Positions 12,675-25,536 of a stretch of DNA of 48,299 nt are shown here, piece after piece (the first letter of the stretch is position 1; every line of letters begins with the position of its first letter). The notes under the pieces are model-generated. The model was not told the origin of the DNA, made no database searches, and worked only from the letters and a program-made list of their open reading frames with translations. The stretch spans positions 1 to 48,299 of the forward strand of contig JAHBMJ010000395.1 in assembly GCA_018398765.1 (NCBI GenBank), read 5' to 3'. Made by a program: the position numbers and the translations under genes. This stretch comes from Chromera velia (Eukaryota).

Positions 12675-13260
12675 GGTTCTTAATCTCCGGTAAAGCAAAC
12701 TTAAAAACAATTTACTTGAAACATACTGCATGATATCGATTGTTGAATCTTAAACTGATGCATGTGTATGAGCTGTAAAATTAACTGGTTACGTTTTAAA
12801 CTATACTTATAAAATAAATTAGCATCTTTGTTTAATTAAAAAAAAATCGAAATTCTGCTATATTCTTCAATGAATGTTTATTGAATCTTTAAAATATATC
12901 GAATTCAGTTTTATAAGTCGAGGCCCGACAGTGGACCGCAGGGCAACCCCGAATATATAAATCTTATCCTATCCTCTGGCCTATCCTATATCCTATTATA
13001 ATTTTTAAACCTTTAAATTTCGGTATTCGATCGCCGCAGTTTATCGCAATCTCAGTGCTTAGCTCAGTACCAATCTGTTTCAATTCATTAAAAAGCGTTT
13101 TGATCGATAGTCGATATCAATGATGACTGAATAATCGTAACTAGCACTATTTACTAAGCAGCCTAAACAGTCTAAACTTGTAAGGCACTATACTACAATT
13201 AGGCCAATCCTTCAGACGCTAATCTTATCCTATCTTAATCTTCAGAATTACAGTAATCGT

Positions 13261-13897
13261 CAGGGTTGCCGATTTTTTTGGCGGTAGACAAGCTTCATTA
13301 CCGGTAACCGGTAATTACCGGCAGAGTTTACTGGCAGTCGGAAAAGACTTGGTAGAAAAATAACAGTCACTCACACTCCGTTATAGGTTAATCAATCAAT
13401 CATAGGTGGTACAGTCCGAAGAAGTACTTTTACCATACTTTTACCGTCCAGTTGTAACTGGCAGTATGCGAGGTGCAAGAGAGTCACTAGGTCAAGTGAT
13501 GTATGCCGGTCGATCCTAGGATCTATATTATTAATTGTATTGATACAGATGAGAATACAAATACAGATGGATCGAACAGAACAAAGACACAAGCAAGAGG
13601 AAGTCTCTTCATGTTGTTGTGAACAGTATTAACTTCTATAAGGTGTAAACTCTGGATGAGTATACCTTAGGAGCCGACTACGCTAATTACTGCTAAGTCG
13701 TTACTCATCCCTTACTTTGATCGCTCTCAAACAATGGCTCAAGGCCTGATACAGAGAAGCAGAACAGTAGGAGATGGAACAGAGTCAATTTAAGGAAAAG
13801 GGAGTAGCTGTTGGACAGAGCTGTTAGAACTTTATGTCACTTTAATATAGGGGTGATCGAAGCAGTTAAAATAATTGAAATTATAGTAAATTATAAA

Positions 13898-13933
<36 letters not shown>

Positions 13934-14132
13934 TGTTAATAGGCTTTTTCAAATGTCAATAAACACTTAAAAACATGTTTTTGAAGGTTGGCGCCACAGG
14001 CGAAAAATTTTTTTTGACCTTATAATTTTTATCATTTTTTTTGTCGGTAAAAGGAAGGTAGACTGAGACCATTACCGGTTACTGGCAATTGCCGGTAGAC
14101 TACACCTGTTACCGACAAGAAAAGCAACCCTG
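13261..14132. mobile_element. Non-autonomous hAT-like DNA transposon (MITE-like), 872 bp
   Basis: 9-bp terminal inverted repeats CAGGGTTGC (13261) / GCAACCCTG (ends 14132). Perfect 8-bp target-site duplication GTAATCGT (13253-13260 and 14133-14140). Clustered subterminal TACCGG/CCGGTA motifs at both ends. No transposase ORF. Confidence 0.9.
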
Positions 14133-14783
14133 GTAATCGTACTTCCATTTTTTGAAGGAAAAAAAAAAAAGGTTGACCACGAAGTCCTAAAATCTAGTGC
14201 TTGATCTAGTGTGATGTTTTATCATATCTCATGATATCTGACTCACACTTTCTGGATGATACAGGCGGGGTCAGCGCGAGGGTCAGCGAAAGACTTAAAA
14301 ACAGTGCAATGCATTGCGCCTGCCTGATCGACAAGCACGAAAGAAGACAGATCGACATCAAGCGTGAACATGTGCGTGCGATTCGAGAGTCGTCATGTGC
14401 GTGCATGAACATGCATGTGCGTGAATGCTGTCAGACCCCAGCCGTTGTTTGATCTGTCTCTCCCCTTAGCGGAGTCTCCCCGCCTTGAGCCATGCAGCCC
14501 GTCTCCTGACTAATTGTTCGAAAGGCTCCCAAGGCATCCCAGTGGCGATCCAATGATTTCATTAATTATTCTGCCAACCATCAATCAATCAGGAACGCAG
14601 ACCGACAACAGGAGTCACAAAGTCTTCCTTCTACACCCGATTGCTTTTTGGTCTGTCCTCTCTTTCCTTTTCCTCACTTGCCGGTGAAAGGTATACACAG
14701 GAGTTGGAGAGACAAAAGGAGAGAAGGGGACTACAATTCATCCAACACGAGAGACAAAATCAAGTAAGTCCCCTGTCTGCTGC

Positions 14784-15242
14784 CTACTCCTCGTGCTCCT
14801 CATCAATCTGGGGCGCCAGCCAGAAGGAGAGGTACCCCCTGTTTGGCCCCGACCCCTCACCCTCCATGGGCGTGTCCAGTTCCTTCCCCTCCTTTCCCCC
14901 CTCCTCCTTGTCGTCTCCTGATGACGGCTGCCCGAGGGGATAGTGAACACAAATGGGCTTTCCTTGGTTCATGGAGAGCATCACCTGCAGGTCGGTCGGT
15001 CGGGGCATGTGAGCTCATGAATTTTTATTCGTTATGCGTCCCACGTGTGTATGCATACCGACATTCGGGAAGCGGACGAAAGAATCCTCTGTGGTCTCGA
15101 AGAAAACAACGACCACGGAGCGTGGTGCAAAAAGGATAGATGGAGTTTTCCCCCTTTACCCTGGGAAGAGGCGAGAGACTCTTCAAAGGAGACAGATCAG
15201 CGGCTCTCTCTCTCTCTCTATCTCTGTGTGTGTGTGTGTCCC

Positions 15243-15275
<33 letters not shown>

Positions 15276-17113
15276 CTGTCCGTGTGCACCTCTGTGCGTG
15301 TGGGCGCTGTGTGTGTGAGTGTGTGTGTGTGTGTGTGTGCAAGAAAAAAAGGAGGAAACTAGTTGAATTCAAAAGCTTTCAGTAAGTCTCTTCTAAGGAC
15401 AAAGAAACATGGTCTTGTGACCCCACCGTGCCCCGTTTACGGGAGAAAAGAGACCGTACAAAGAAATACAAATCAATCCATTCAGAGTTCCCTCTTCCTC
15501 TCTTTGCATCTTTCTCTGTGTGGGTCACTCGATGTTTCCAGGTCCTTTCACCCGGAAGATTCTCTGTCGGTCGGCCCTTGACACTCTCTCTCGCCCTTCC
15601 CCCTCTCTTTCGTTTAATTGCCTTCCTTTCCTCTTCCTCTTCCTTCCAACTGACCGACCGATTCAGAGAGAGAGGAGGCTTTGGTGAAGTCCCGGAGGTA
15701 TCTGAGAGGGAAGGTCAGGGAGATAGGGGACTCTACCCGGAGGCGAACACTCCCAGTGCCAGAGCCCTGCAGGAAGTAATTTGTCCATACATACAAGCAC
15801 GCATTCATCTGTTCATACAGCGAAAGGATGACATAGTACAGATGTTCAGCCTTCGACCCATTCAACATTCACGTAGGTAAATTAATTTCGCGTTGGAGAC
15901 TCAGGCAGGAAAGAAAAAACAACGGCAGACGGGTGGAGGAAGCACCAGAAGAAATTTCGGGGCCTCAGTACAGCAGTCACGACTGAAGCACACATCCCAC
16001 CTTCGAAAAACAGTCCAACAGTCAGTCTCTGTGAGATGTCGACGGCAGCGAGGCTAATCTTGTTGGAAGGAGAAAACAAATAAGACAGAACCAGAAAGAG
16101 AGAAAAGTAGGCTGCAAACACGCGAGCGCACTCCTGGTTGGAAAAGTGAGAGAGGAGGACGTAAACACTGTCGGCAGTCAATCTTCTTTTGGTGCTTTAT
16201 TCGCTTGCCTCACTTGCCTACTTGACGCGCCCAAACAAGGCACTCACCTCCTTCAACTCGATGCACAACCAAGGCACTCACCTCCCTCGACTCGATGCAC
16301 AACCAAGGCACTCACCTCCTTCAACTCGATGCATCCTCCCGTGATGCCTGTGCCCTTGTCGCCTGTCGTCTTGAACGAAATGTTCTCTTTGTTCATGATC
16401 ACCTCCACTGCATCAAGGGGAGACACACACAGACAGAAGAGGGAGGGAGACGGGATTCAGACCAAGAGCCGAATTGGAGAGAGTGAAAGAAAGTGAGAGG
16501 GAACGGACTCTCGCAAGAATGCAGACAGACGCGCATCCTGGCAAGGCATTCGAGCCACGGACGAACAGGCCACTATACGAATACGTGGCAGAGAAAAAAT
16601 GGAGGGAAAATGAGTGGGTTGGAAACAAAAGGAAAGAAAAGGAAACGAGCATGCAGACCGAGCGGAAAGGAGGGGAGGGGAAATGCAGAAAAGAGCACAA
16701 GGCTGCGAAAACCTCTCTGACTGCGACGACTGGACGCTCATGAATTATTTATTTCTTTGGACGGGGAGGCGGCGAAGAAGAAATGGTCTGAGTGAGGAAT
16801 TTGTGGAGTGACTCATTTTCTCATCCTCAGACAGACTCCAGTTTTCTTCTCTTTACGTACATGAGAGGATTTATTGAGGAGCTTCCGTCCTGTCTGACCG
16901 TTGGCGTTTTCGCTGGCAATTGCGACCAGATTCCTGCAGATTTTCTGGAAATCCGAAGACGAGGCGACCACCGTCGCCTCGTACTCTTCTTCCGGGACTG
17001 CCAGAGACTCGACGTCCAGGTTGATCAGGGCAACGTCGAATTTGGAATAGCGGCCTCCATCTTCTTCAGCTGCAACCAACGAGGGACAGCAAGAAAGAAA
17101 AAAAAAGAGAGAC

Positions 17114-17158
<45 letters not shown>

Positions 17159-18602
17159 AGGGATGCCATGTTCTGTTGATGCAAAGATCAGTGAACGACA
17201 CAAAGGCAGGAAGAAGCAGAAGAATGCAAAGGGCATCTCTCCGTCTTCGTTTCTCTCTTGCAACGAAACGAAATGAAAAATTGATTAGCTTTTTCACGGA
17301 ATGAAAAAGCTAATTATTTGGGAAGAAAGGTCACTTCACTTGGGCGCGACCTACAACACAGAGGTGCAAACTGTGTGTTCGGATGAAAAGATACAAAAGA
17401 AGTCAAGGAAGAAAAGAATCAAGCAACTCTTCCTGCCGACCTCCGTCTTTCTCCATACTCTTGAATGCGAAGGAGACGGTGTCCTTCTCCTTGTCTGCCT
17501 TGATGTGAACGCAGTCGGAGGCTTCACAGGCATGGAAGACTTTCGAGATCACAGAGAGGTCCATGCCAAGATCCATCTGCTGGTCGCATCTGCATGCACT
17601 CAGTGAATGATTTGTTCAAACAAAAAATGAAAGACACAAAAAAGTATTCATTTGACATTCCCTTTCACATCCTCCGATCGGAGATGCATCCAGCAATTTC
17701 TGCATGCAGCAGTGAAAGCACAGAGGGGGCCGATAGAGGAAAGAGCCGAAAGCAGGACTCCCTTTCATCTTTGGTCAACGTCGTCATTCTTCCCCAGTAT
17801 ATATCGATCAATACACTTCGCCACACGAGCAGGAGCTGGTGCGCTGTCCCCCCCCCCCCCCCGGGTTCCCGAAGGCATCGAAAACAACCAACCGGTAGAA
17901 GTCAAACGCGTTTTCAGGTAGGTGCAACTTGGCCAAGGAGACCTGCGTGCATGCATGTGGGTTTGACAACCAGAGAAAAAAGGGGATGATGGTTTGCAGA
18001 GCCTCAAAGAACGAAAGGAAGGAAGCTAGGAGTGGATATTTCGGTGGATGCGATTTCAAGGAAGCTCCTTTTGTTTGTGACATCGTTGTCACAAAGGAGA
18101 GAAGTCCCAACCCAAAAAGGAGACGCCACTTTTGGGACGGGAGAGCCAAACGACCGCATTGCTGCTCTCACCATGACTCACTGTGCTTCAGCTTTTGGGA
18201 GGCGGTGTTTTGTATGGAATAGAAAGTACTTGAAAACACAACCGCGCTCGCATGGTTTCCCTGGGAGAGGAGATTTCCAACTTTTGGTTCGTGTGCAGTA
18301 TTGCTTCTTGACATATCTGCTGTTTTCAACGGAAAAAAAGTGAAAGTCAAAAACCAACGTGCCGCGGAACAGCAACCAACAAGAATTTGCAGTGCCCCAA
18401 CAGGCGAATCCAATCAAGACTTATACACACAAAAAACAGCAGAGAAGTACCACGCAGAGCGGTGACGTACGTGAGACTCGTCCATTGCCTGGATGGCAAC
18501 GCCCTCCTCTGTGCAGTTCATGACCACCTTCTTGAAGTGGTCCTTCAGGGAATCCACGATGCGCTTCAGAGTAGAGCCGGGAATGAAACGAGCGTCCAAC
18601 AT
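14784..18602 (-). CDS. PCNA: Proliferating cell nuclear antigen, divergent (PCNA2-like) paralog, 7 exons, 300 aa
   Basis: Model complement(join(14784..14984,15659..15766,16316..16407,16899..17069,17441..17589,17893..17942,18471..18602)) = 903 nt. PCNA motifs: MLDARF, QAMDESHVSL, FDFYRCD, LINLDVESLAVPEEEY, FQKICRNL, FPLRYLRDFTKASSLS, GYLSFWLAPQIDEE. Confidence 0.92.
16233..16334 (-). repeat. 3 x 34-bp tandem repeat spanning the PCNA exon 5 end and its 5' splice site
   Basis: Unit (sense strand) GTGCATCGAGTTGAAGGAG|GTGAGTGCCTTGGTT, with 1-2 substitutions per copy. Confidence 0.93.
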
Positions 18603-19306
18603 GGTGGATTGATTCAATGCTGCGCTTCGAAAATTTGGAAGGACAAAAGAGCAAAGTCTGACAAGATGAAAATTTCTGGAACCCCACTTCGCGACCGCCT
18701 ACTGAGCTGACCGATCAAGAGCTAGAAATTAAAGAGATCCTGTTGTCAAATCTCTCAGAATGTGTCGTAAAGAGCTTTTTGTCTTGGGGTAATTGTTTGC
18801 GCTGACTGCACAGAAAGGAGTCTTGATGGCTGCCTCAGATGGCGAAGGTCGGAAGTCGAAGTCGGAAAATTTGGAAGAAGCATCGATGCAGGATTTCGAT
18901 GGATTTCGTTGTTCGGATGCCGTCTCCTTTCTCTGTTTTTTTTCTCGGCGGCGCGAACGCGCGGTGGCGAAAGGGACCCGGCACGCATGGGACCCGGCCG
19001 CGCCGCCGCACGAATGCAATCCAATGATCGACCAAGTGCGCGGATAGTGCGCGGTTACCTCCTTTGAACTAGCTTTCCGGCCATCTTTGTTGAAGCACAT
19101 CTCTGTCCACATTTCTGCTTGTAAGTCTCCTTTCACGTGAGCCGTTCTGCTTTTCACTTCTCTGGTGAGGCGGACGCCCTTCCATTTGTTTCTTTCCTGC
19201 CCTATACTCACGCAGGATTCTTACGCTCTTCCGGCGTTCGTGTTCCTGGCGATTCCCCCCGCTTGTGCGGTTTCCCTTTCGGACTTTCGCCTGTCGATTC
19301 TCCAAA
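18603..19306. promoter_or_regulatory. Putative bidirectional promoter (PCNA and ProRS head-to-head)
   Basis: Divergent ATGs at 18602 and 19307. GC-rich core 18945-19050 with the direct repeat GGGACCCGGC twice and GGCGCGAA at 18950-18957. Confidence 0.5.
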
Positions 19307-20662
19307 ATGACAGAGGGATATGAGGCACCTCTGTTCAGCAAGCTCGCGGAACTCGGCATTCAGTATCAAGTCAGAACTTAGCACACCTCACGAAGAGACG
19401 GACACACGGTGCTGCATGCCTTCTCACCACCATCTCCTGTTTGCAGACAGCCCGCCATGAAGCTGTGTTCACGGTCGATGCGCAGAAGGAGGTTGTCTCC
19501 TCTCTGTCAGGAGGACTGACGAAGAACCTCTTCTTGAAGGACAAGAAGAAAGGATTCTTCCTCGTCACGGCTCTGCATGTCAGTGTCCCGTCTCCTTTGC
19601 CCCCCCACTCCATGCATACCTTCCCTGGCGCTTTCCCTTTCCGTAATTTGCTCTGCTTCTGCCTTCACGAACTGTCTGACCCCCTGCAGTAGCATCTTGA
19701 ATCTCTCTCTTCTTTTCCTTCAACAGAGAAGTTCGGCACTCACCCCCCCTCCCCTCTCGCATCCCAAACACGCCCACGCTGTGTGTGCATATCCTCTCGC
19801 TCCGCCTCGTCTGGTCCCCGTCCCTTATTCAACCTCCACGACTCTCGCTCTCACTACATCTTGACTCTCACGTTCCCCCCTTCGTTTTGACTCTGGCTGT
19901 CTATCTTGCCTCTGACCAGCAGAACAGGAAGGGTGGGGTAGCCTAAACAAACCTCGCAGCTGCTGCCGAGTTCTTTCTAGACGACATGCAGGGGCACAGC
20001 AGACGTTTTCCTCTGTCTCTTCTTCTGTTCTGCTCTGATCTGTTCTTCAGGATTCTGACACGAATATGAAGGCCCTCCAGCAACAACTTGGGGCAGCCAA
20101 CCTTCGATTCGCAGACGCGGAGGTGATGACGGGAATCCTCAAAGTCGAGAAGGTGAGCTGGGGCCTCCCTTCATTCGTGCGCTTCTTCGGATGAGTTGTG
20201 TCTTTCTTTGCTTGGGCTTCGGGCGGTATATTGTGTGTAAGCGGTACAGATTCAGAGTGAAGAAAAAGGCTCTTCGTTCCACTTTGTTGGTCTCCTCCTC
20301 AATGCACCTCCCCTTTTCTTCTCTGTCCTCGAAACCAAGGTCGCCTCGCCGTGCTGTCTCCAATACGCTTTTCTGTTCTTTGACTGTTTGCGTCCCCTGT
20401 CGTTTTTTCACCTGCCTACCTGCAGGGTGCTGTGTCGCCTGTGGCCATCATGAACGATGCAGAGTCAGTCAGTGAATCCAGTCAGGCAGACAGGGAAGGA
20501 AGAAGGGAAGAAAGGAAGGAGGCGGAGAGGGACGCGCAAGCAAGCAGGCAACAGACGAGGGCTACAAAGAAAACAGAAACTCAGTCCGACTCAGCCGGGG
20601 AGAATTGCGTCCCATCCGAACAGAGACAGACAAGAGACCCTCTCGCCATCTTTTTTTGTGAA

Positions 20663-20699
<37 letters not shown>

Positions 20700-22465
20700 G
20701 CCACTGTGCGCGTGTGGGTGCGTACAGGAACCAGGTGACTCTCGCTCTGGATGCCAAAATGAAATCATGTGATCGCGTGCTCATCCATCCTCTGCATAAT
20801 CAAGGTTTGTCAGTCTTTCTGCAATGAGAACAAGAAATGCATACAGCCAACAAACGAAGGAATAACGGGCCTCGATCATTTTCTTTCGAGTGTGTCGGCG
20901 CGTCCCTGCATGAGCCATCTCTTTAATGTTTTTTTCCTTGCTGCGAAATGCCACCACAAACATCTTCCGACAGACCTGCTGCAAGCACGAATCCTTCTTT
21001 TCTTTCCAGTGGCTCGACGGATGCATGCAAGTATGTATTTACAAACTGGCGAAGACCTGGGGTGTTCAGTTTAGCTTCGAAGGTTTCTCCACCACCTCTT
21101 CGACCTGATTCCTCCCTTCTCCTTCTGCCTGCAGCAACGATCTCGATCGCCTTCGGTGATTTGATGAAGTGCCTCTCCGCTATCGGAAAGGAGCCCGTCT
21201 TCCTTGAGCTCGGTCAGTTTCAGCAAGGTGGTGTGCTGTAGACCTCCACAGGGGTTTTTGTCTCCTAAGCAGTCTGGGCGGCTGGTGGTCATCTCTCCCA
21301 TTTTTCGTGTCTCGGGATCTTCACGTTTGTTTATGATGCTCTCTCTCTCTCTCTCTCTCCCTCTCTCTCTCTCTCTCCCTCTCTTGACTGACTGACTGAC
21401 TGACTGACTGACTGACTGACTGACTGACTGACTTGATGTTTCCCTGCATGTCACTTCCCTCCCTCCTTCCGCTCCCACCCCACTTGACCGATGCATCGAT
21501 GTACCCTCCCTTCCCTTCCCTTCACCTCTGCAGGTGAGGCCGGAGCGGCTCCCCCTGCAGCTGCTGCATCTGCACCCAAGCCCGCCCCCAAGCCCAAGGC
21601 CAAGCAGGGGGGGCAGCAGAAACCCGAGAAGAAGAAGGCTGATGACGTGGGTCGATCAACTGAACTGAACACATGCGTGCGTACCCAGAAAGAGGGAGGG
21701 AATGGACTCGAAAAAGGAAGGGTTTGTTTGTTTGTTGGGCAGGTTGGAAGGAAGGAACGATAGATGGACAACGAGGGAAAGAGGCAGGCAGGAAAAAGAG
21801 GATGACGAGGTTGTCCGAACAAAACCAGGAGGGGCGGTGTATAGAGATTTGGGTTGAATGAAGAATGGAAGAGAGAACAGATGGCAGGAAAGCGGGAACG
21901 AAAAAGAAGTTTTCCAGCCGAAAGGCGGAGCGAGTCGACACTTGCCCGCTCTGTGCATGGAATGAATGCACGGAGGAAGACCCACCCTCGAGCAACGCCC
22001 CCCTTTCTTTTTCTTCACTTGACAGATGCATTGAGGGACTTCCTGTGTGTGTGTGTGTGTGTGTCTCTCTCTCTCTCTCTCTTTCCTTCCTTCCTTCCTT
22101 CCTTCCTTCCTTCTTCCTTCTTCCTTCCTTCCCTTCCTTCCTTCCTTCCTTCCTTCCTTCCATTCGTTCTTTCTTTCTTTCTTTCTTTCTTTCTGGTCTG
22201 TATTTTTTTTTGTCTGCCTGCCTGCCTGCTTCCCCGCAGGCCTCCACAGTAGCCACAGACACAAGCGACCTGGGCATCACAGTGAAGAAGCACGAAGACT
22301 TCTCTGCATGGTATCAACAGGTCTGTTTGCTTGTTTCTCGGCCCTGCTGCAGATCTTCTGCGTCTCCTCCTCTGAGTTGTGTGTGCATTCGTGTGTGCGC
22401 GCGAGTGTGTGTGAAAGAGAGAGGGAAAGAGGGCATGTATCTGTGTGTGTTTCTGTGCCTTCGTC

Positions 22466-22514
<49 letters not shown>

Positions 22515-22550
22515 ATGTGTGTGTGTGTACCTTCGTCTGTCTCTCTCAGT

Positions 22551-22599
<49 letters not shown>

Positions 22600-25499
22600 A
22601 GTGTGTGTGTGAGTGTGTGTGTGTGGGTGTGGGTGTGGTTCCCTTGTAACTGTTCTTCACTGTTTCTCAACATGAGAACCGAATGAGAGACTGTCTGCAC
22701 TACCTCTTCTCTTTCCCTTTCCGACTCTTCCATGCGGTTGCATACGTGAGCAACGCAGAGGGAGAAACTTTGCATCTGTACCCCCAGTAGACCCAAGTCA
22801 ATTCAGTCAATGTTCCCACGAGTCACTGAGGGAGGGAGTCAGTGAGTTAGTGAGTGAGTGAGTGAGTGTGGATGGATGGGTACAGGTGATCACGAAGTCG
22901 GGCATGATTTCGTTCTACGACGTCAGTGGCTGTTACATCTTGTGGGAGCGTGCTTTCTTCATTTGGGAGCAGATCCAGGCTTTCTTCGATGCAGAGATCA
23001 AAAAGGTCCGTCAGCGGGTGCATGTGTAGAGAGGTGCATGGGTGGATTAGGATTAGTGAGAGAGGCAGAAGGCTTGGCGCCTCCCGTTGGATGATGAGGC
23101 GAACCTGCATGAACCGCGGCGGTTGGCCGGGCAAAGAAAGCGCACTATGTCGCTGTGTCGAAGATTGCTATCGCCTGAAATTCCTTTTGGGGGAGTTTTC
23201 TTCTCAATTCATGTTTTCCCCTTCGATCGTTCGGCCTCTCTCCCGCACACACACCTTCTCTCTTGCTTCTGCCTGCCCTGTTGCTTCCTTCTTTGTTTGT
23301 GCAGCTGGGTGTGAAGAACGCCTACTTCCCCATGTTTGTTAAGAAGGCGCGACTGGAGGCAGAGAAAGACCACGTCGAAGGTCGGACAGACAAGAGAAGA
23401 GGAAAAGAAGTAAATGCTATAGTCGTTTAGACGCATGTCTGCATGTTGTCCAGTATGAAGATTGGCTGACTGGATGAAGCCTCTGGAAAAGGACTGTCTG
23501 TTGGAAGTGTTTTCTGGCGCGACCTCAGCTTGAATCATTTTCTGCTCTTTCCTGTCTCCTCTCCTCTCCCGACCTCTTTTCTCGCGTCTCTTCTCGTCTC
23601 TGTTTTTCTTAAAAACCAACTTTCCCAACATCGTGACACACAGAAAAAAAACTAACTTGTACTCATACCACTTCAAAGCACATCTCTTTCTTCTCCACTT
23701 TCCTCCCGTAGGCTTCTCCCCCGAGGTCGCGTGGGTGACAAAGTCAGGAGACAGCGACCTGGCAGAACCTATCGCTATCCGTCCCACCTCCGAGACGATT
23801 ATGTACCCTGCCTATGCGGACAGAATCAGGTCACACAGAGACCTGCCTGTAAAGCTCAATCAGTGGACAAGCGTGGTCAGGTGGGAGTTCAAACACCCCA
23901 CTCCCTTCATCAGAACCAGAGAGTTCCTCTGGCAAGAGGGGTCAGTCAGTCAGAGGAGTCAAAGTTTCCCATTTGGTTTCAACAATCAGCCAGGCATTCG
24001 ATCGGATGTCAAAGCAACAGGTGCTTGTTTTGTCAAAAGGCTATCGTTGCTTTGAAAGCCTGTGAACCCTCTCTATTTATTTGTGAACGATTCGTGAAGG
24101 TATTTATTTCAGCCGTCCATCCGGGGTGAGAGAGAGTCCAGTGAGTCCGATGAGATCCACTTTCAGAGAGCCGGTGGCCCGATGACTGAAAGCATCTTAG
24201 TCGTAGTCCCTCCTCTGCCTCCTGAGCTGCTCTTTCTGTCACCTCTTTGCTGCCTGAGGAAACGAAGGAAGGGCGTCAGGCAAGGAAGCATACCTGCTGT
24301 CTTCCTTTCTCTTCTTTCTGCAGTCACACCGCACATGCGACGAACGAGGAGGCTGAGGAGATGATGTTTCAGGCTCTGGATCTCTACGAGCGTGTCTACA
24401 GAGAGATCCTGTCAGTGCCTGTGGAGAAGGGAATGAAGAGCGAGGGGGAGAAGTTCCCTGGAGGAAAACACACGAGCACTGTGGAGGCTTTTATCCCTGC
24501 AAACGGAAGGGGGGTGCAGGCAGCAACCTCACATCACCTGGGACAGAACTTCTCGAAAATGTTCAACATCTACTATGAGGGTAGGTAAGTCTGGACGCAG
24601 AGAGAGAGAAGGAAGGAGGACTTTGTGTTTACTTTCCAAAGAACATTTTGGTCATGGATCTCTTGTAAGTCGATAGATGCCTCTGTCTCTCCTTGCAAGG
24701 CTTCGGGTGAGCCTCGAGGGGCCCTTCTTGTCGATCTTTCGTCTGTTATTTTCTTTCTCTCTTTCTCGATGGTTGTGTGTCTGACTGATATTCTGCGTGC
24801 GTCAGTCTCGGCAGGTATCTCTGCAGAGCTCTCTCTGTTCATTCAAACATCTGTAGTTGCTGCATGGGAGAAAGTGAAATATGAATTTTGCCTTTCAAAG
24901 GGTCGCAGGGTGTGTTTCTTGCCTGGCGTCATTCTCGAAATTCTATGTTTGTTTTTGTTTTTGCCTCTACTGGTACCAGGACTGCTAAGTGACTGGATTG
25001 AAAGACCTTCGCCTGTTGTCTCCCTGGTTCCTCTTTCGTACAGACGAAAGCAAACAGAAGTCCCTCGTTCATCAGACCTCCTGGGGCATCACGACGAGAT
25101 CTGTCAGTAAAGGGCAGGGGGCGGAGTAGACCCGGCATTTGTAGTTTCTTTCTTTATTTCTTTCTTTGTTTCTTTTCTTTCTTTCATTCTTTCTTTCTTT
25201 CTTTCTTTCCTTCCTTCTTTCCTTCTTTCCTTCTTTTCTTTCCCCTTTCCGTTTTCTTTTCTTCTTGACCCCCTCCCTCCCCCGGTTCTCTGGGGTGTCG
25301 TCCCCCTTCGTCGCTGTCTTTCTTCTTCATTGCACCTTTCCTTCCTTCAACTGGGGTCGAAGTGCTGCGCTTGCCAGACTTCTGTTCTGGTTAATGTATG
25401 CATGGTGTGCAGATTGGAGTGATGGTGATGACCCACTCCGACGACAAGGGCCTCGTCCTCCCTCCCAAAGTCGCCCCTGAGCAGGTCGGTCGGTCCACT

Positions 25500-25536
<37 letters not shown>

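Noticed and set aside
16233..16334. 34-bp (and 42-bp at 6605-6730) repeats as CRISPR arrays
   Set aside because: Head-to-tail with no spacers, no cas genes, and a eukaryotic intronic context.
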